Counted from the first letter of the stretch, positions 1 to 10,247 are shown. The stretch: 64,000 nt of DNA from Abditibacterium sp. (GCA_965199495.1 CBDASK010000003.1:384001-448000), one strand, 5' to 3'. A program made the numbers and translations. Notes: generated from the sequence alone by a model not told the origin.

Positions 1-657
1 ATCGAAGATTGCGCGCAATCGTGGGGCGCGACTTTGAACGGTCAGCAAACCGGCACATGGGGCGACGCCGGGACTTTTTCGTTTTTCCCTACCAAAAATT
101 TGGGCGCGTGCGGCGAAGGCGGCTTGATCTGTGCGAACGACGAAACGCTCGCTCTCAAGTCGCGCCAACTGCGCGTTCACGGCCAATCGCAACGTTATAT
201 CTACGATGAATTGGGCTACAACTCGCGTTTGCACGCGTTGCAAGCCGCGATTTTGAGCGTGAAAATGCGACACGCGCAAAGTTGGAACGATGCACGCCGC
301 GCGCACGCCGCGCATTACGCGCGTCTGCTCGAAGGCACGCCCTATATCGTGCCCGCGCAAAAGCCGGGCGCTCGCCACGTTTATCACCAATATACGTTGC
401 GCGTGCCCAAACCGCTCGACCGCGACCGCATTGCGGCGCATTTAACCAAGCGCGGCATCGGCAACGCGATTTATTATCCCAAGTCGCTGCATCTGCAACC
501 GGTTTTCGCTGATTTGGGTTATAAAACTGGCGATTTGCCGGTTTCGGAGCGCGTAACCGAAGAAGTTTTGTCGCTCCCAATTTTTCCCGAACTGCGCGAA
601 GATGAAGTCGCAGCCGTCGGCGCGGCGCTTTGCGAAGCGATTTCGGATGCCGGATAA
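1..657 (+). CDS. DegT/DnrJ/EryC1/StrS family PLP aminotransferase (5'-truncated)
   Basis: Frame 1 is open from base 1 (IEDCAQS); FSFFPTKNLG PLP-lysine motif, GYNSRL, HVYHQY, LSLPIFP. Confidence 0.92.
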   Translation: MEDCAQSWGATLNGQQTGTWGDAGTFSFFPTKNLGACGEGGLICANDETLALKSRQLRVHGQSQRYIYDELGYNSRLHALQAAILSVKMRHAQSWNDARRAHAAHYARLLEGTPYIVPAQKPGARHVYHQYTLRVPKPLDRDRIAAHLTKRGIGNAIYYPKSLHLQPVFADLGYKTGDLPVSERVTEEVLSLPIFPELREDEVAAVGAALCEAISDAG

Positions 658-770
658 CAGATGTCGGATTTCGGATAGTGGGCAAGCGGGATGCGAGCGC
701 GACGGTGTAACGCTTAAACTCACTTCGCGCCACAATCCGATTATCTGACATCCGAAATCCGCAATCCGAA
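642..770. repeat. Inverted pair of degenerate heptamer tandem arrays (TCGGATN / NATCCGA)
   Basis: ttcggat-gccggat-aacagat-gtcggat-ttcggat followed by the complementary atccgat..catccga-aatccgc-aatccga. Confidence 0.6.
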
Positions 771-772
771 CC

Positions 773-1441
773 ATGTCCGAGTCTTCGCCGCGTCCCGATC
801 CGCACTCGCTTTCGCGTCGTCTGGTGCCTTTGGCGTTGGTATTGCCGTTCGCCGTGGCTCTGGTTTTGACGCGGCCCAACTTCGCGAAATTGTTCGACCG
901 CAACGCCGTTGATCCGCAGACCGCCGGGTGTCTGAGCAATTTGCAACAGATCGGCAACGCCTATGCGCTTTACGCGCAGGATTACGACGGCAAAATCCCG
1001 ATGGGCGTTGATCCCGAAGACCGCAACAACTCTCAGATTTGGCGCGACAACAGCGCCTATGGCGGCGCGTTTTTCGATGACGCCAAGATAGTTCCGTATC
1101 TGCACGAAGTGTTGCGGCCCTACGTCAAATCGCCCGAAGTTTTCCATTGTCCGGCGGATATTGGCTGGACAACTCCGCGTTTGCCGGGCATAAATGGCGG
1201 TTTGCAAAACGTCAGACCGTCGTCGTTCGCGAAATATGGCACATCATATTATTGTTTTACGGTGTGGGGTTTCGCGCAAAATACCGCCAACGATATTCCC
1301 GAACCGGGCCAGACATTGTTAGTTTTCGACGGCGATTTGTGGCACAACAACGCCGGGCAAGATTTAATGAACGGTTTGTTCGCCGACGGCCATGCGCAAA
1401 AGTTGACGGCTCAACAATTCGAGAATTATTCGCGCGGTTGA
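773..1441 (+). CDS. DUF1559-like / prepilin-associated H-X9-DG domain protein
   Basis: N-terminal TM; CLSNLQQIGNAYALYAQDYD; FHCPAD; C-terminal HNN...NGLFADGHA. Confidence 0.8.
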   Translation: MSESSPRPDPHSLSRRLVPLALVLPFAVALVLTRPNFAKLFDRNAVDPQTAGCLSNLQQIGNAYALYAQDYDGKIPMGVDPEDRNNSQIWRDNSAYGGAFFDDAKIVPYLHEVLRPYVKSPEVFHCPADIGWTTPRLPGINGGLQNVRPSSFAKYGTSYYCFTVWGFAQNTANDIPEPGQTLLVFDGDLWHNNAGQDLMNGLFADGHAQKLTAQQFENYSRG

Positions 1442-1451
1442 GTGAGTTGTG

Positions 1452-2609
1452 TCAACCAATCAACTCGTCCCAAATCGCTTCGACTCGCCGCGCCGTGGCT
1501 GCTATCGTGAACCCCGCTTTCGCGCGCTCGCGCCCTATCGCACCCATTTTCCGCGCGCGTTGCGGATCGCGGGCTAATTCCAACATCGCGTGCGCCAATG
1601 GCTCAATTTCGCCCATCGGCACCAAGATGCCGGTTTCGCCGTCCAATACGATTTCCGGCACGCCGCCGCCGTTTGTCGCGATCACGGGCCGCGCCGCCGC
1701 CATGCCTTCGATGAGAACTTGGCCAAACGGCTCGCCCGTCGTCGAAGCGTGAACGAGCGCGTCCATTTGGGCGACAACGTCGGGAATATCGCGCCGAAAA
1801 CCGAGCCATTCGACCGCTTCGTCTAAACCCAATTGAGCGCATAATTCGCGCAGTTCGCGTTCGTAATTTTCCTCGCCAAACAACGTCGCGCCGACGATTT
1901 GGAATTTCGCGTCGGGCATTTGGGCTTTGACCAAAGCCGCCGCGCGCAGAAAAATATGCTGACCTTTCCACGGCGTCAGGCGCCCGACGATGCCGAAAAC
2001 CGGCGCGTTACCAGCAAACGGCGCGCGCGCGTTCAAATCATCGAAGTTCTCGAAAACTGTGCCATTATGAATCGCGACGCCGCGCACGCCCGGCAAAGTT
2101 TCGAGCGTCGCGCCCGAAACCGCGATGACGCGCGTGGGAATAACGCGCGCTAAAAGTCGAAACGCGCGCACGACGGGCGCGGGCAAATAATCGGTTTCGA
2201 TGCGGTCGCGAACGTGCCAGATCGCGGGCACGCCCGCCAACCTTGCAGCCACGCCGCCGATGAGGTCGCTTTTGAGCGAGTTGCAATGCACGACTTGGGC
2301 GCGCTCGCGCTTAATAATGCGGCGTAGTTGGCGAACCAATTTCCAGATCGAGCCGATTTGACGGATTTTCAACAGCGAAGCCGCGCCCATTTCGTCTTTG
2401 CGCGTCTGGCTCACACTTTCATCGAGCGCGATAATGCGCGTTTCGATGCGCGCTTCGTCCAGCTTTTCGCGGAGCGGGCCATCGGCGAACAAAATCACAA
2501 CCGGACGATATTTAGTTTGATCAATGTGCGTGACCAAGTTGAACAGCGAGATTTCGCCGCCGCTCCACTGCGCGGTGTGATCGAAAAATAGAATGGTGGC
2601 GCGAGGCAT
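1452..2609 (-). CDS. Glycosyltransferase family 4
   Basis: SGGE N-terminal motif, VGRLTPWKGQ, EPFGQVLIEGMAA, GGVPEIV. Confidence 0.92.
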   Translation of the reverse strand: MPRATILFFDHTAQWSGGEISLFNLVTHIDQTKYRPVVILFADGPLREKLDEARIETRIIALDESVSQTRKDEMGAASLLKIRQIGSIWKLVRQLRRIIKRERAQVVHCNSLKSDLIGGVAARLAGVPAIWHVRDRIETDYLPAPVVRAFRLLARVIPTRVIAVSGATLETLPGVRGVAIHNGTVFENFDDLNARAPFAGNAPVFGIVGRLTPWKGQHIFLRAAALVKAQMPDAKFQIVGATLFGEENYERELRELCAQLGLDEAVEWLGFRRDIPDVVAQMDALVHASTTGEPFGQVLIEGMAAARPVIATNGGGVPEIVLDGETGILVPMGEIEPLAHAMLELARDPQRARKMGAIGRERAKAGFTIAATARRVEAIWDELIG

Positions 2610-2686
2610 TGGGCTTAAATTTTAGCAGAACCGAAATCGCGCGCTCAAACGTCTGCAACCGAGGCAAACTCAAATTAGAAATTCCG

Positions 2687-3937
2687 ATGAAATTTTCTTC
2701 ACTTGTCGCGATGGGCGCCGTGGCTGTATGTTTGGCTCCGTCCGCGCGCGCCGAATCTCCGGGCGATTTGGCCAATCCGCGCACTACCAAACGCTCGTGG
2801 GTCAACGACCACGCGGGCGTTTTGGACGCGCAAACCGAGCGTAAAATCAACGATCTGCTGACGCCGCTCTATCGCAAAACCGGCGCGGAAGTGGCGGTTG
2901 CGACAGTTGATAATTTGGGCGGTGAATCAGTGGAAGATTTCGCCAACGACTTGTTTAAGCGCTGGAAAATCGGCAGCAAAGCCAAAGACAACGGCGTGCT
3001 GTTGCTGGTCGCGGTGCGCGACCGCAAAATGCGCATCGAAACTGGTTACGGCGCCGAAGCGCAAATTACCGACGCGCAGGCCAAAGAGATAACCGGCACC
3101 ATCATCAAACCGGCTTTCAAACGCGGCGATTATAAAAGCGGCATTTACGATGGCACTTACGCCATCGCGCGCCGCTTTGATCCGTCGTTGCCCACGCGCC
3201 AAAACTCGCCAGCATCTACTTCGCCTCAACCCAAACCGAATGCGGGCGCGCCCACTAACAATTCGCCGTTTCATGTTCCCAATGGCAGTTCGCCGTCAGA
3301 AATTCCGTTCGGTTCTCCCAATTATGGCCAACCCGCGCCGAGTTCGAGCGGCGGGGGCGGCGCGCTCATTTTGATGCTATTGGTGCTGGGCGGCGGCGGC
3401 GTGATCGCGATTTCGGCGTTGGGTTCGCGTCCGCCACGATGTCCGCGCTGCAAAAACGCGATGGAATTGGTGCCCGAAAATCAGGAAGACCCTTATTTGA
3501 CTGACGTTCAACAATTGGAAGAGAGTTTGGGCGGGCGCGAATGGAACGTTTGGCGTTGTCCGCGCGATGGTTATATCGCATTAATGCCACACGACAAATG
3601 GCTTTCGGGCGTCGAAGTTTGCCAACGTTGCCAGAATCGCACGGCGACTTCCAACACGCAAACGCTGCAATTCGCGACCGAATTTCAAAACGGTTTGCAA
3701 CAGACGACGCACTTTTGCCATAACCCCGCGTGCGGTTATAATTGGACGACGCAGCAAATTATTCCCCGCCAGATGCCGGTTGTAATCGGCACAGGCAGCG
3801 GAAATAGCGGCGGTTTTGATAGCGGTTCGAGTTCGAGCAGTTACGATAGCAGTTCGAGTTCGGGCAGTTACGACAGCGGGCCAAGCGACTTTGGCGGCGG
3901 CGATTCCGGTGGCGGCGGCGCCAGCGATAGTTGGTAA
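2687..3937 (+). CDS. TPM domain (YgcG-like) protein with TM, Cys-rich Zn-ribbon region and Gly/Ser tail
   Basis: Signal peptide at ATG 2687; VNDHAGVL, WKIG..KDNGVLLLVA, RIETGYGAE; CPRC/CQRC; FGGGDSGGGGASDSW end. Confidence 0.88.
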   Translation: MKFSSLVAMGAVAVCLAPSARAESPGDLANPRTTKRSWVNDHAGVLDAQTERKINDLLTPLYRKTGAEVAVATVDNLGGESVEDFANDLFKRWKIGSKAKDNGVLLLVAVRDRKMRIETGYGAEAQITDAQAKEITGTIIKPAFKRGDYKSGIYDGTYAIARRFDPSLPTRQNSPASTSPQPKPNAGAPTNNSPFHVPNGSSPSEIPFGSPNYGQPAPSSSGGGGALILMLLVLGGGGVIAISALGSRPPRCPRCKNAMELVPENQEDPYLTDVQQLEESLGGREWNVWRCPRDGYIALMPHDKWLSGVEVCQRCQNRTATSNTQTLQFATEFQNGLQQTTHFCHNPACGYNWTTQQIIPRQMPVVIGTGSGNSGGFDSGSSSSSYDSSSSSGSYDSGPSDFGGGDSGGGGASDSW

Positions 3938-3963
3938 AACGAGCGTTTCAGACGAATTTAAAC

Positions 3964-4803
3964 ATGGAAGAATCACAACCGCGCCCAACTGCGGCGCCCC
4001 AATCGGCGAGCCACGACGCGCAATTGGAGCGATTTTCGCCCGACGAGCGCGACGATATTTATCGGCGCGCAGCGCAGATCGAGGCCGATACATTGTTTCG
4101 CGATGACGACAGTTGGAGCGCCCAAGAATTGCAAGCGGGCGCGCGCGGCGCGGGCATCAGCGACGCGGCTCTAAAAACCGCCATCGCCGAACGCGAGCGC
4201 GATTTGGAGCGCCAACAACAAGAGAAAATCGTCGCCAAAAAGCAGAATTCTGCGTTGCGCCAAAAACTCATCATCGGCGCCGTGGCTGCCATCGCCATCG
4301 GCGGCCTGACGACATGGGCGACGCAGGCCAAACTTTCGGGTTCTTACGCGCAGGTCGAATCCACACGCGCGCAAATTGACAACAACTTGCAGCGCCGCCA
4401 CGATTTGGTGCCCAACTTAATTAGCGTCACCCAGAAAACTCTGGATAACCAAAGCGCGCTCATCGCCCAACTCAAGCGCGCCAACGACGCCGCAATCAAC
4501 GCCGCGCCCACCCAGAAAGCCGCCGCCGAAAACGAACTGAGCGCCGCCATCGGTGCAGCCACGGCGCAACTGAGCGCGCAGCAAAACGCCTCGGATAGCG
4601 CCCGCGATTTGGTGGCCGAGTTGGCGGGCAGCGAAAACCGTTTGGCCCAATCGCGCCGCCAGTTCAACAATGCGGCGGCGCAGTACAACCAGAAAGCGCG
4701 CGGTTTTCCGACGACTGTTGTGCGCCCGCTTTTAGGGTATCCGAGTCGCGTCGAGCCGCTTCAAGCCGACGTGGCTGCTCGCGCAGTGCCGAAGTTTGAG
4801 TAG
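3964..4803 (+). CDS. LemA family protein with N-terminal extension
   Basis: QIDNNLQRRHDLVPNL, ELAGSENRLAQSRRQFN, YNQKARGFP; next to a TPM gene as is typical. Confidence 0.85.
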   Translation: MEESQPRPTAAPQSASHDAQLERFSPDERDDIYRRAAQIEADTLFRDDDSWSAQELQAGARGAGISDAALKTAIAERERDLERQQQEKIVAKKQNSALRQKLIIGAVAAIAIGGLTTWATQAKLSGSYAQVESTRAQIDNNLQRRHDLVPNLISVTQKTLDNQSALIAQLKRANDAAINAAPTQKAAAENELSAAIGAATAQLSAQQNASDSARDLVAELAGSENRLAQSRRQFNNAAAQYNQKARGFPTTVVRPLLGYPSRVEPLQADVAARAVPKFE

Positions 4804-4811
4804 TGAGTTTC

Positions 4812-4981
4812 GGATTTGGCGCGATGTGTCATTTCGAGCGAAGCCGAGAAATTTTGCGGCCCCGCGCCAGCGGAAGCAAAACGTTCTTTTCATTTCGGAA
4901 GTGTCTTCAACCTGCGCTGCCGCGCGGGCGCAAGATTTCTCGGTTCGTGCCTCACTCGAAATGACACATCGCGCCAAATCC
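4812..4981. repeat. REP/REPIN-like palindromic element (GTCATTTCGAGCGAAGCCGAGAAAT family), copy 1
   Basis: Arms ggatttggcgcgatgtgtcatttcgag ... ctcgaaatgacacatcgcgccaaatcc; same core as 27291-27468. Confidence 0.8.
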
Positions 4982-5062
4982 ACAATCCGCCATCCGAAAC
5001 GACAATCCTCGCCATTTCCTTGCATCTTGAATCGCGCGTGGGGCTTACACTCGCGCCCAGTA

Positions 5063-5932
5063 ATGGCCGATATTTCCGAAGCAAACAGTAAAACAACCAC
5101 GCGCCGCCGATTTCTGCGCAACGCGAGTTATGGCCTCGCGGGCGCGGCTTTGCTCGGCGGCACATGGGCGCATTGGGTCGAACCCGATTGGGTCGAAGTC
5201 ACCAATCACACGATAAAAATTCCGCATTTGCCCGCCGCGTTCGATGGTTTTCGCATCGCGCAAATTTCCGATATTCACATCGAAGGCGGTTCGATGGGCG
5301 CAGATTTGCCAAACATCTGTCGCATGGTCAACGCGCAAAACGCCGATGCGATTGTCGTCACCGGCGACTACGTCACGACGCCGACCGAAGCGAATCCCGA
5401 TGTTTTGGCGCACGGTCTGGCGTCGCTGAGCGCGCCGATGGGCGTGTGGGGCATCATGGGCAATCACGATTATTGGAGCGGGCCAAGCACTGCTATTGTC
5501 GAGGAGATATTAGCAGCCACGCCGGTTCAAATTTTGATTAACCAAACGCACGTCTGGGAGAAAAATGGCGCGCGTTTGCATCTGGCGGGCTTCGACGACT
5601 TTTGGGATGGCACGCGCAAATTTGACGAAATGGCCGCCCAAATTCCCGATGGCGAAGCGGCGATTGCGCTGGGCCACGAACCTGATTTCGCCATCGAAGT
5701 CGCCGCTACGCGCAAGTTCGGATTAATGCTGAGCGGCCATTCGCACGGCGGACAAATCGCGTTGCCGGGCGGCATCCCGGTTCATGTGCCGACTTACGCC
5801 AATAAATTCCCGCGCGGCGCCTACAACGTGGATGGAATGCGACTTTACACCAATCGCGGTCTGGGCACTGTCGGCATTCCAATGCGATTTTGCTCGCGCC
5901 CGGAAATTAGCGTGTTTACGTTGCGCGTTTAA
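5063..5932 (+). CDS. Metallophosphoesterase (YkuE/YaeI-like), possible Tat signal
   Basis: SDIH, TGDY, GNHD, HEPD, GHSHGGQI, RGLG; TRRRFL twin-arginine-like N-terminus. Confidence 0.9.
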   Translation: MADISEANSKTTTRRRFLRNASYGLAGAALLGGTWAHWVEPDWVEVTNHTIKIPHLPAAFDGFRIAQISDIHIEGGSMGADLPNICRMVNAQNADAIVVTGDYVTTPTEANPDVLAHGLASLSAPMGVWGIMGNHDYWSGPSTAIVEEILAATPVQILINQTHVWEKNGARLHLAGFDDFWDGTRKFDEMAAQIPDGEAAIALGHEPDFAIEVAATRKFGLMLSGHSHGGQIALPGGIPVHVPTYANKFPRGAYNVDGMRLYTNRGLGTVGIPMRFCSRPEISVFTLRV

Positions 5933-5941
5933 ACTGAGATA

Positions 5942-6910
5942 ATGGCCGAAATCGCTCCGTGGGAAAACCCAAATTTGCCCGCGCCATTTGCCCACGTCGA
6001 ACGCGAAATCGAAGGTCGCAAACGCCACTTCGCGTTGTGGCGTTGGGACGAACGTTTAGTGTGGAACGACTTGGATCATCCGCGATTGTGGTGGGCCACG
6101 CTCGACGTGGCTGCATCGTTGGCCGATTGGGAACGCGCAATTGAAGATTGGCGATTTGGACGCGCGTTTTCCGAAAGGTGTAACTTTAGTGGCCGAGGCG
6201 AAGTCGTTGGATTTGATCGGTCGGTTTTGTTTTCCAGCAACTATCACCTTCCTCATGATTTCACAATTTTGGTGAATCCCGAAGGCAGCGGTACCGCGCG
6301 TTGGAGCCAAAGCGAAAAATGGCAAGATTTCGATTTCAACTCTTACAGTCGTTTGAAACACCAGCGCCAGAGAATAAAAACGAGACATAAATTCCAATTT
6401 CCATTGCCGATACCAATATGGAAATCCCAGTTCCAACCGCCCAAACTCGTCAATGCCTTACTCGAAGGTTTTAAGCCCGATTTCATTCAATATCTTTCGC
6501 CCGAACTGATACATCTTCTTCAACGTGGCGAACACGCTGAAGTTTTTCAGGTTATGAAAGATTTGGTGACTTGGCGCCTTCATTCGGTTACTCTTCCACG
6601 TCATCAAATCTACGACTTTGTGGATGGAATTAATAGCCAACATTCAAATGTAACCTTCAAAATTTGCAATTATTTCGGATTGCCCATAGATTTGCAATTT
6701 TCACTCGCAACATCGAGGATTCCTGATCTCACAACATTGCTGTGTTCTACATTGGTAGAATGCACAGCTTGGTCAATTTACTCTCGCTTAACTGAAATAT
6801 CCACCGCTCACGAATTGCTCGAACTTCAATTGCGCCTACGCGATGCCCTGAAACCGATTCTCACCCCAGCCGAAATCGAGGAAATTTTAGCCGTCCCGAC
6901 GCGTCCGTAA
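5942..6910 (+). CDS. Hypothetical protein with AT-richer central part
   Basis: 322-aa ORF tightly packed in a co-oriented run; no recognisable motif. Confidence 0.55.
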   Translation: MAEIAPWENPNLPAPFAHVEREIEGRKRHFALWRWDERLVWNDLDHPRLWWATLDVAASLADWERAIEDWRFGRAFSERCNFSGRGEVVGFDRSVLFSSNYHLPHDFTILVNPEGSGTARWSQSEKWQDFDFNSYSRLKHQRQRIKTRHKFQFPLPIPIWKSQFQPPKLVNALLEGFKPDFIQYLSPELIHLLQRGEHAEVFQVMKDLVTWRLHSVTLPRHQIYDFVDGINSQHSNVTFKICNYFGLPIDLQFSLATSRIPDLTTLLCSTLVECTAWSIYSRLTEISTAHELLELQLRLRDALKPILTPAEIEEILAVPTRP

Positions 6911-6917
6911 TTGCGGT

Positions 6918-8021
6918 TTGCAACTTCCCCCATTTATTCTGCGCCCCTTCGATGCGCCGCGCCCGCGACTGCACACGCCGCGCGCCGATTTCAGCATCGA
7001 AAGTGGCGCCAAAACTTATCTGGCGCGCGCGGCCAACGGCTTGCTTTTTCTGCGCGATGTCAAGCGCGACGGTGCCGATTTCACGCTCGCGATTGGCGAA
7101 CCACTTCCCGATCTTGAAGGAGCGGGGCTGACGCCCTCTTCCAATCGGTATGATTCTGAGGAACTCCGCCGATTGGAAGAGGGCGTCAGCCCCGCTACCG
7201 AAATGTCCGCCATCGAAACCTGGGCGCGCGAGCAAATTGCGTCTGGCAACGTCGCGCGCTACGTGTTGTTGCCGTTTGCGGGCGACTACTTTTTTCGCGA
7301 ATTCCCGCTCTTTTTTCGGCCCGACGGCACCGGCTTTTGCCGCGAAAGTTGGAATCGCGACGATTTCGCGTTTGAGCACGATTTATCGCTGCACGATTGG
7401 CTCGAAGCGCGCGCACCCTCGCTTTATCCCAGCGCGACGGAAATTTTTCGGCGCGAAGTGGCGCCCCAACTGTCCAATGCGCGTTTGCCCGCCGACCGCA
7501 ATCACGCGATGAATTTCGGCGACGGTTCGCGCGCCGATTTACGCGCGGTGTTACGCCACGCGTTCGCGCTCGAAAACATCGCGCGCGAAGGTTTGATTCG
7601 CGCGACGGGCCAAAGCGAAACGCCGTTTGATCGCGCCGGATTCTGGGCTGCGCGCGGCGAGGGCGGCGAAGGCGAAGTCTGGTTCGACCGCCAAACCGGA
7701 CAGCGTTTGCGCTTGCCGTGGAAAACCGATTCGCTGCGATTAAGCCGAAGATTTTGGATGTTGGGCGATCTGGCGATTGACGTGACGACGCCGACGGGCA
7801 TTTACTGGGATTATCACGACGAAGGGCGCGGAAGACTCTCCGAAACGCCGCACGCGCGCGATTTTTCGCTCCAATTCATCGCCGATAAACTGCCTTCGCG
7901 CGAAGAAGCGCGCGCTTGGCTGGCGACGTGGCTGCATCAAATCGGCGCCGATGAAGCGATTTTGAGTTGGGACGAAATCGAAGCGTTTGAAGAACGCGAA
8001 CCGGAGTTGCAAAGAGTTTAA
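6918..8021 (+). CDS. Hypothetical protein containing an in-frame palindromic insertion
   Basis: 367-aa ORF (TTG start), host-like codon usage. Confidence 0.6.
   Translation: MQLPPFILRPFDAPRPRLHTPRADFSIESGAKTYLARAANGLLFLRDVKRDGADFTLAIGEPLPDLEGAGLTPSSNRYDSEELRRLEEGVSPATEMSAIETWAREQIASGNVARYVLLPFAGDYFFREFPLFFRPDGTGFCRESWNRDDFAFEHDLSLHDWLEARAPSLYPSATEIFRREVAPQLSNARLPADRNHAMNFGDGSRADLRAVLRHAFALENIAREGLIRATGQSETPFDRAGFWAARGEGGEGEVWFDRQTGQRLRLPWKTDSLRLSRRFWMLGDLAIDVTTPTGIYWDYHDEGRGRLSETPHARDFSLQFIADKLPSREEARAWLATWLHQIGADEAILSWDEIEAFEEREPELQRV
7121..7196. repeat. Perfect 28-bp inverted repeat (REP-like) inside CDS
   Basis: agcggggctgacgccctcttccaatcgg / ccgattggaagagggcgtcagccccgct with a 20-nt loop. 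Confidence 0.85.
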
Positions 8022-8034
8022 ACTTTGATTGCGC

Positions 8035-8072
8035 CATTTGTAGGGACACGGCATGCCGTGTCCCTACAAATG
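8035..8072. repeat. GTAG-type REP, perfect 38-bp palindrome
   Basis: catttgtagggacacggcatgccgtgtccctacaaatg is self-complementary with GTAG...CTAC ends. Confidence 0.85.
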
Positions 8073-8104
8073 TGAGGCGAAGGTGCAAGGCTTAATTTTA
8101 TTCG

Positions 8105-9193
8105 ATGATTAATACATTTCCTCTGACGCCCGGCAAGTTGTTGCCGTGTTTAAATTCTCTGTGGCAATTGAAAATGCCCGCTTATCTGCATGGCGCGCCC
8201 GGCATCGGCAAATCGAGCATTATGCGTGATTTCGCCGCCGCGCACGATTTGCCTTTGATTGTTCTAATGCTCTCGCAAATCGAGGCCGCCGACCTGCGCG
8301 GTTTGCCCGCTTTGGATCACCAGACCAAACGCACTGTTTGGTACTCGCCCGAATTTTTACCGACGCCGGGCGATAATCGGCCCAACGGCATTTTGTTTTT
8401 GGACGAGCTTTCGGCGGCTGAACCGCGTTTGCAGGTCGCGGCTTACCAACTGATTTTAGATCGGCGCGTCGGCGATTATCAGTTGCCCGACGGTTGGTGG
8501 GTTGTCGGCGCGGGCAACGATCCCGACGACGGCGCCGTGGCTTTCGATATGGGCACGGCTCTGGCCGACCGTTTGGTGCATTTCAAAGTCGTGCCCGACG
8601 CGCGCGAATGGATTAAGTGGGGCCAAGAACACGATATCTCGCCCGAAGTTTTGACGTTTATTCAAGTCAAATCCGATTTTCTCGAAGGCAATCAAGGCCA
8701 GCAAAGCGCCGGACAACTCATCGGCCCGACGCCGCGTTCGTGGGAGCGCGTCAGCCGCGTTTTGGAACTCGAAAAGCAGCGCAGCGTGCGCGAGTTCATC
8801 GTCGCGGGCATCGTCGGCGAAGCGGCGAGTGCCGAATTTTTTCATGTCGTCGAAGAGTTGGCCGATTTGCCGCCCATCGAAGAACTGATAGCAGCCACCG
8901 GCAAGCCGTTGGACGCGATGCTGCCGAAAACGCTGCCCGGTTTGTATGGATTAACTTATAGTTTGGCGAGCTACGTTTCCGATTTGGAAAGCGCGCGTGC
9001 CGCGATGCGCGTGCTGATTCGCATGGGCGAAATCGAGGACAAATCGGATTTGCCGCGCGCCGAAGTGCAGGCGCTGGCGATGGAATTGTTGCTCGAAAAA
9101 GCGGGGAAACGCGGCTTTTTGCTGCAATTGGGCGATACGCCGGAATACGCGAAGTATCGCAGCAAAGCGCGCGAAATTGTCGAGTTGGGCTAA
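8105..9193 (+). CDS. MoxR-like / AAA_5 ATPase
   Basis: Walker A GAPGIGKS, DLRGLP, Walker B ILFLDEL, GAGN sensor, ALADR, TPRSWE. Confidence 0.88.
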   Translation: MINTFPLTPGKLLPCLNSLWQLKMPAYLHGAPGIGKSSIMRDFAAAHDLPLIVLMLSQIEAADLRGLPALDHQTKRTVWYSPEFLPTPGDNRPNGILFLDELSAAEPRLQVAAYQLILDRRVGDYQLPDGWWVVGAGNDPDDGAVAFDMGTALADRLVHFKVVPDAREWIKWGQEHDISPEVLTFIQVKSDFLEGNQGQQSAGQLIGPTPRSWERVSRVLELEKQRSVREFIVAGIVGEAASAEFFHVVEELADLPPIEELIAATGKPLDAMLPKTLPGLYGLTYSLASYVSDLESARAAMRVLIRMGEIEDKSDLPRAEVQALAMELLLEKAGKRGFLLQLGDTPEYAKYRSKAREIVELG

Positions 9194-10212
9194 TTCAATT
9201 GCGTCAAACGTATGCTGCTATCGTGGGCGTCATCTTCACCGCGACTTGCGCTGGCCAAATAGCGCCCATCGGGCGAGAACTGCAAGTTAGAAATGGCGCT
9301 GCGATGCGGCTTTAACATTCGGGTGAACCTGCGCGTTTGCGCGTTCCACAAGCGCACGCTTCCGTCTTCTGCGCCGCTCGCCCACATTTTGCCATCGCGC
9401 GAAACAGCTATAACCAGTGCCGGAACCGATTGTTTGAGGGAATATTTGACTTTTCCTGTTGCGAGTTCGCGAAGTTGAACAGCGCCCACGTCTCCTTTGC
9501 TGTTGATTTTTCTCTTACCTATAGCCGCTAAGAACGTTTTATTACCGGGCATCAGGGCCATATCGTTGAGGTCGGGTTGTGGTTGTTTCCACAGCAATTT
9601 TCCATCGGTGTTCCATGTGCGCAAACTATCCTTGCCGTATCCGTATTCATTGGGAAACGCGCCCAATATTATTCCATTAGGCGACCACAACATTTGCGCG
9701 AAACCGTCGCTTTGCGGCAAAGCTCGATTTTGTTTTTTTGCAATATTCCAGACATAAGCGAATACGGTTTCGCCAGTTTCAGCTATGTTGCTGCCGACAA
9801 CCAAACGCTTACCATCGCGCGAGTAATCAATGGAAGAAAGAAATTGGTCATCGCCTAAAACTCGTTTGGTGCGCCACGCAGCCACGTCCCACAAGCGAAT
9901 CGGATTCTTCGATTTTTCGACCACCGTCGTCATCGCCAACGTTTTGCCATCGGGCGAAAACGCGACCCCATCAACGCTGTAGACGTAGCGCGTTTTGTGC
10001 AGCAGTTTTCCATCGGACACGCGCCACAAACGCAAATCGCCGGGCGCGAGCCAATCTTCGATATTGCCGGTGGCTAAGGTTTTGCCATCGGGCGAAAATG
10101 CCAGCGAAGTCGGGCCTTGAAGTTTGTGTTGCCATTGCGCCGACGCGGGCACAACTGTTAAAACAGCGCTACAAAACGCGAAACCGCACGCGGCTAAAAT
10201 TGATATTTTCAT
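9190..10212 (-). CDS. Secreted WD40-repeat protein
   Basis: Signal peptide MKISILAAC...ASA; repeated AFSPDGKTLA, LRLW, DGSVRLWN, FSPDGRYLAS. Confidence 0.88.
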   Translation of the reverse strand: MKISILAACGFAFCSAVLTVVPASAQWQHKLQGPTSLAFSPDGKTLATGNIEDWLAPGDLRLWRVSDGKLLHKTRYVYSVDGVAFSPDGKTLAMTTVVEKSKNPIRLWDVAAWRTKRVLGDDQFLSSIDYSRDGKRLVVGSNIAETGETVFAYVWNIAKKQNRALPQSDGFAQMLWSPNGIILGAFPNEYGYGKDSLRTWNTDGKLLWKQPQPDLNDMALMPGNKTFLAAIGKRKINSKGDVGAVQLRELATGKVKYSLKQSVPALVIAVSRDGKMWASGAEDGSVRLWNAQTRRFTRMLKPHRSAISNLQFSPDGRYLASASRGEDDAHDSSIRLTQLN

Positions 10213-10247
10213 TGCGCGCGCAAGTGGCAAATTGTTCGCCCAATGAA

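Noticed and set aside
3800..3935. Tandem gatagc-gttcgagttcg repeat as a special element
   Set aside because: Encodes the ordinary Gly/Ser tail of TPM proteins
4796..5062. N-terminal extensions of the metallophosphoesterase and LptF/G (27284-27535) ORFs
   Set aside because: They are translations of REP elements; downstream ATG starts were chosen
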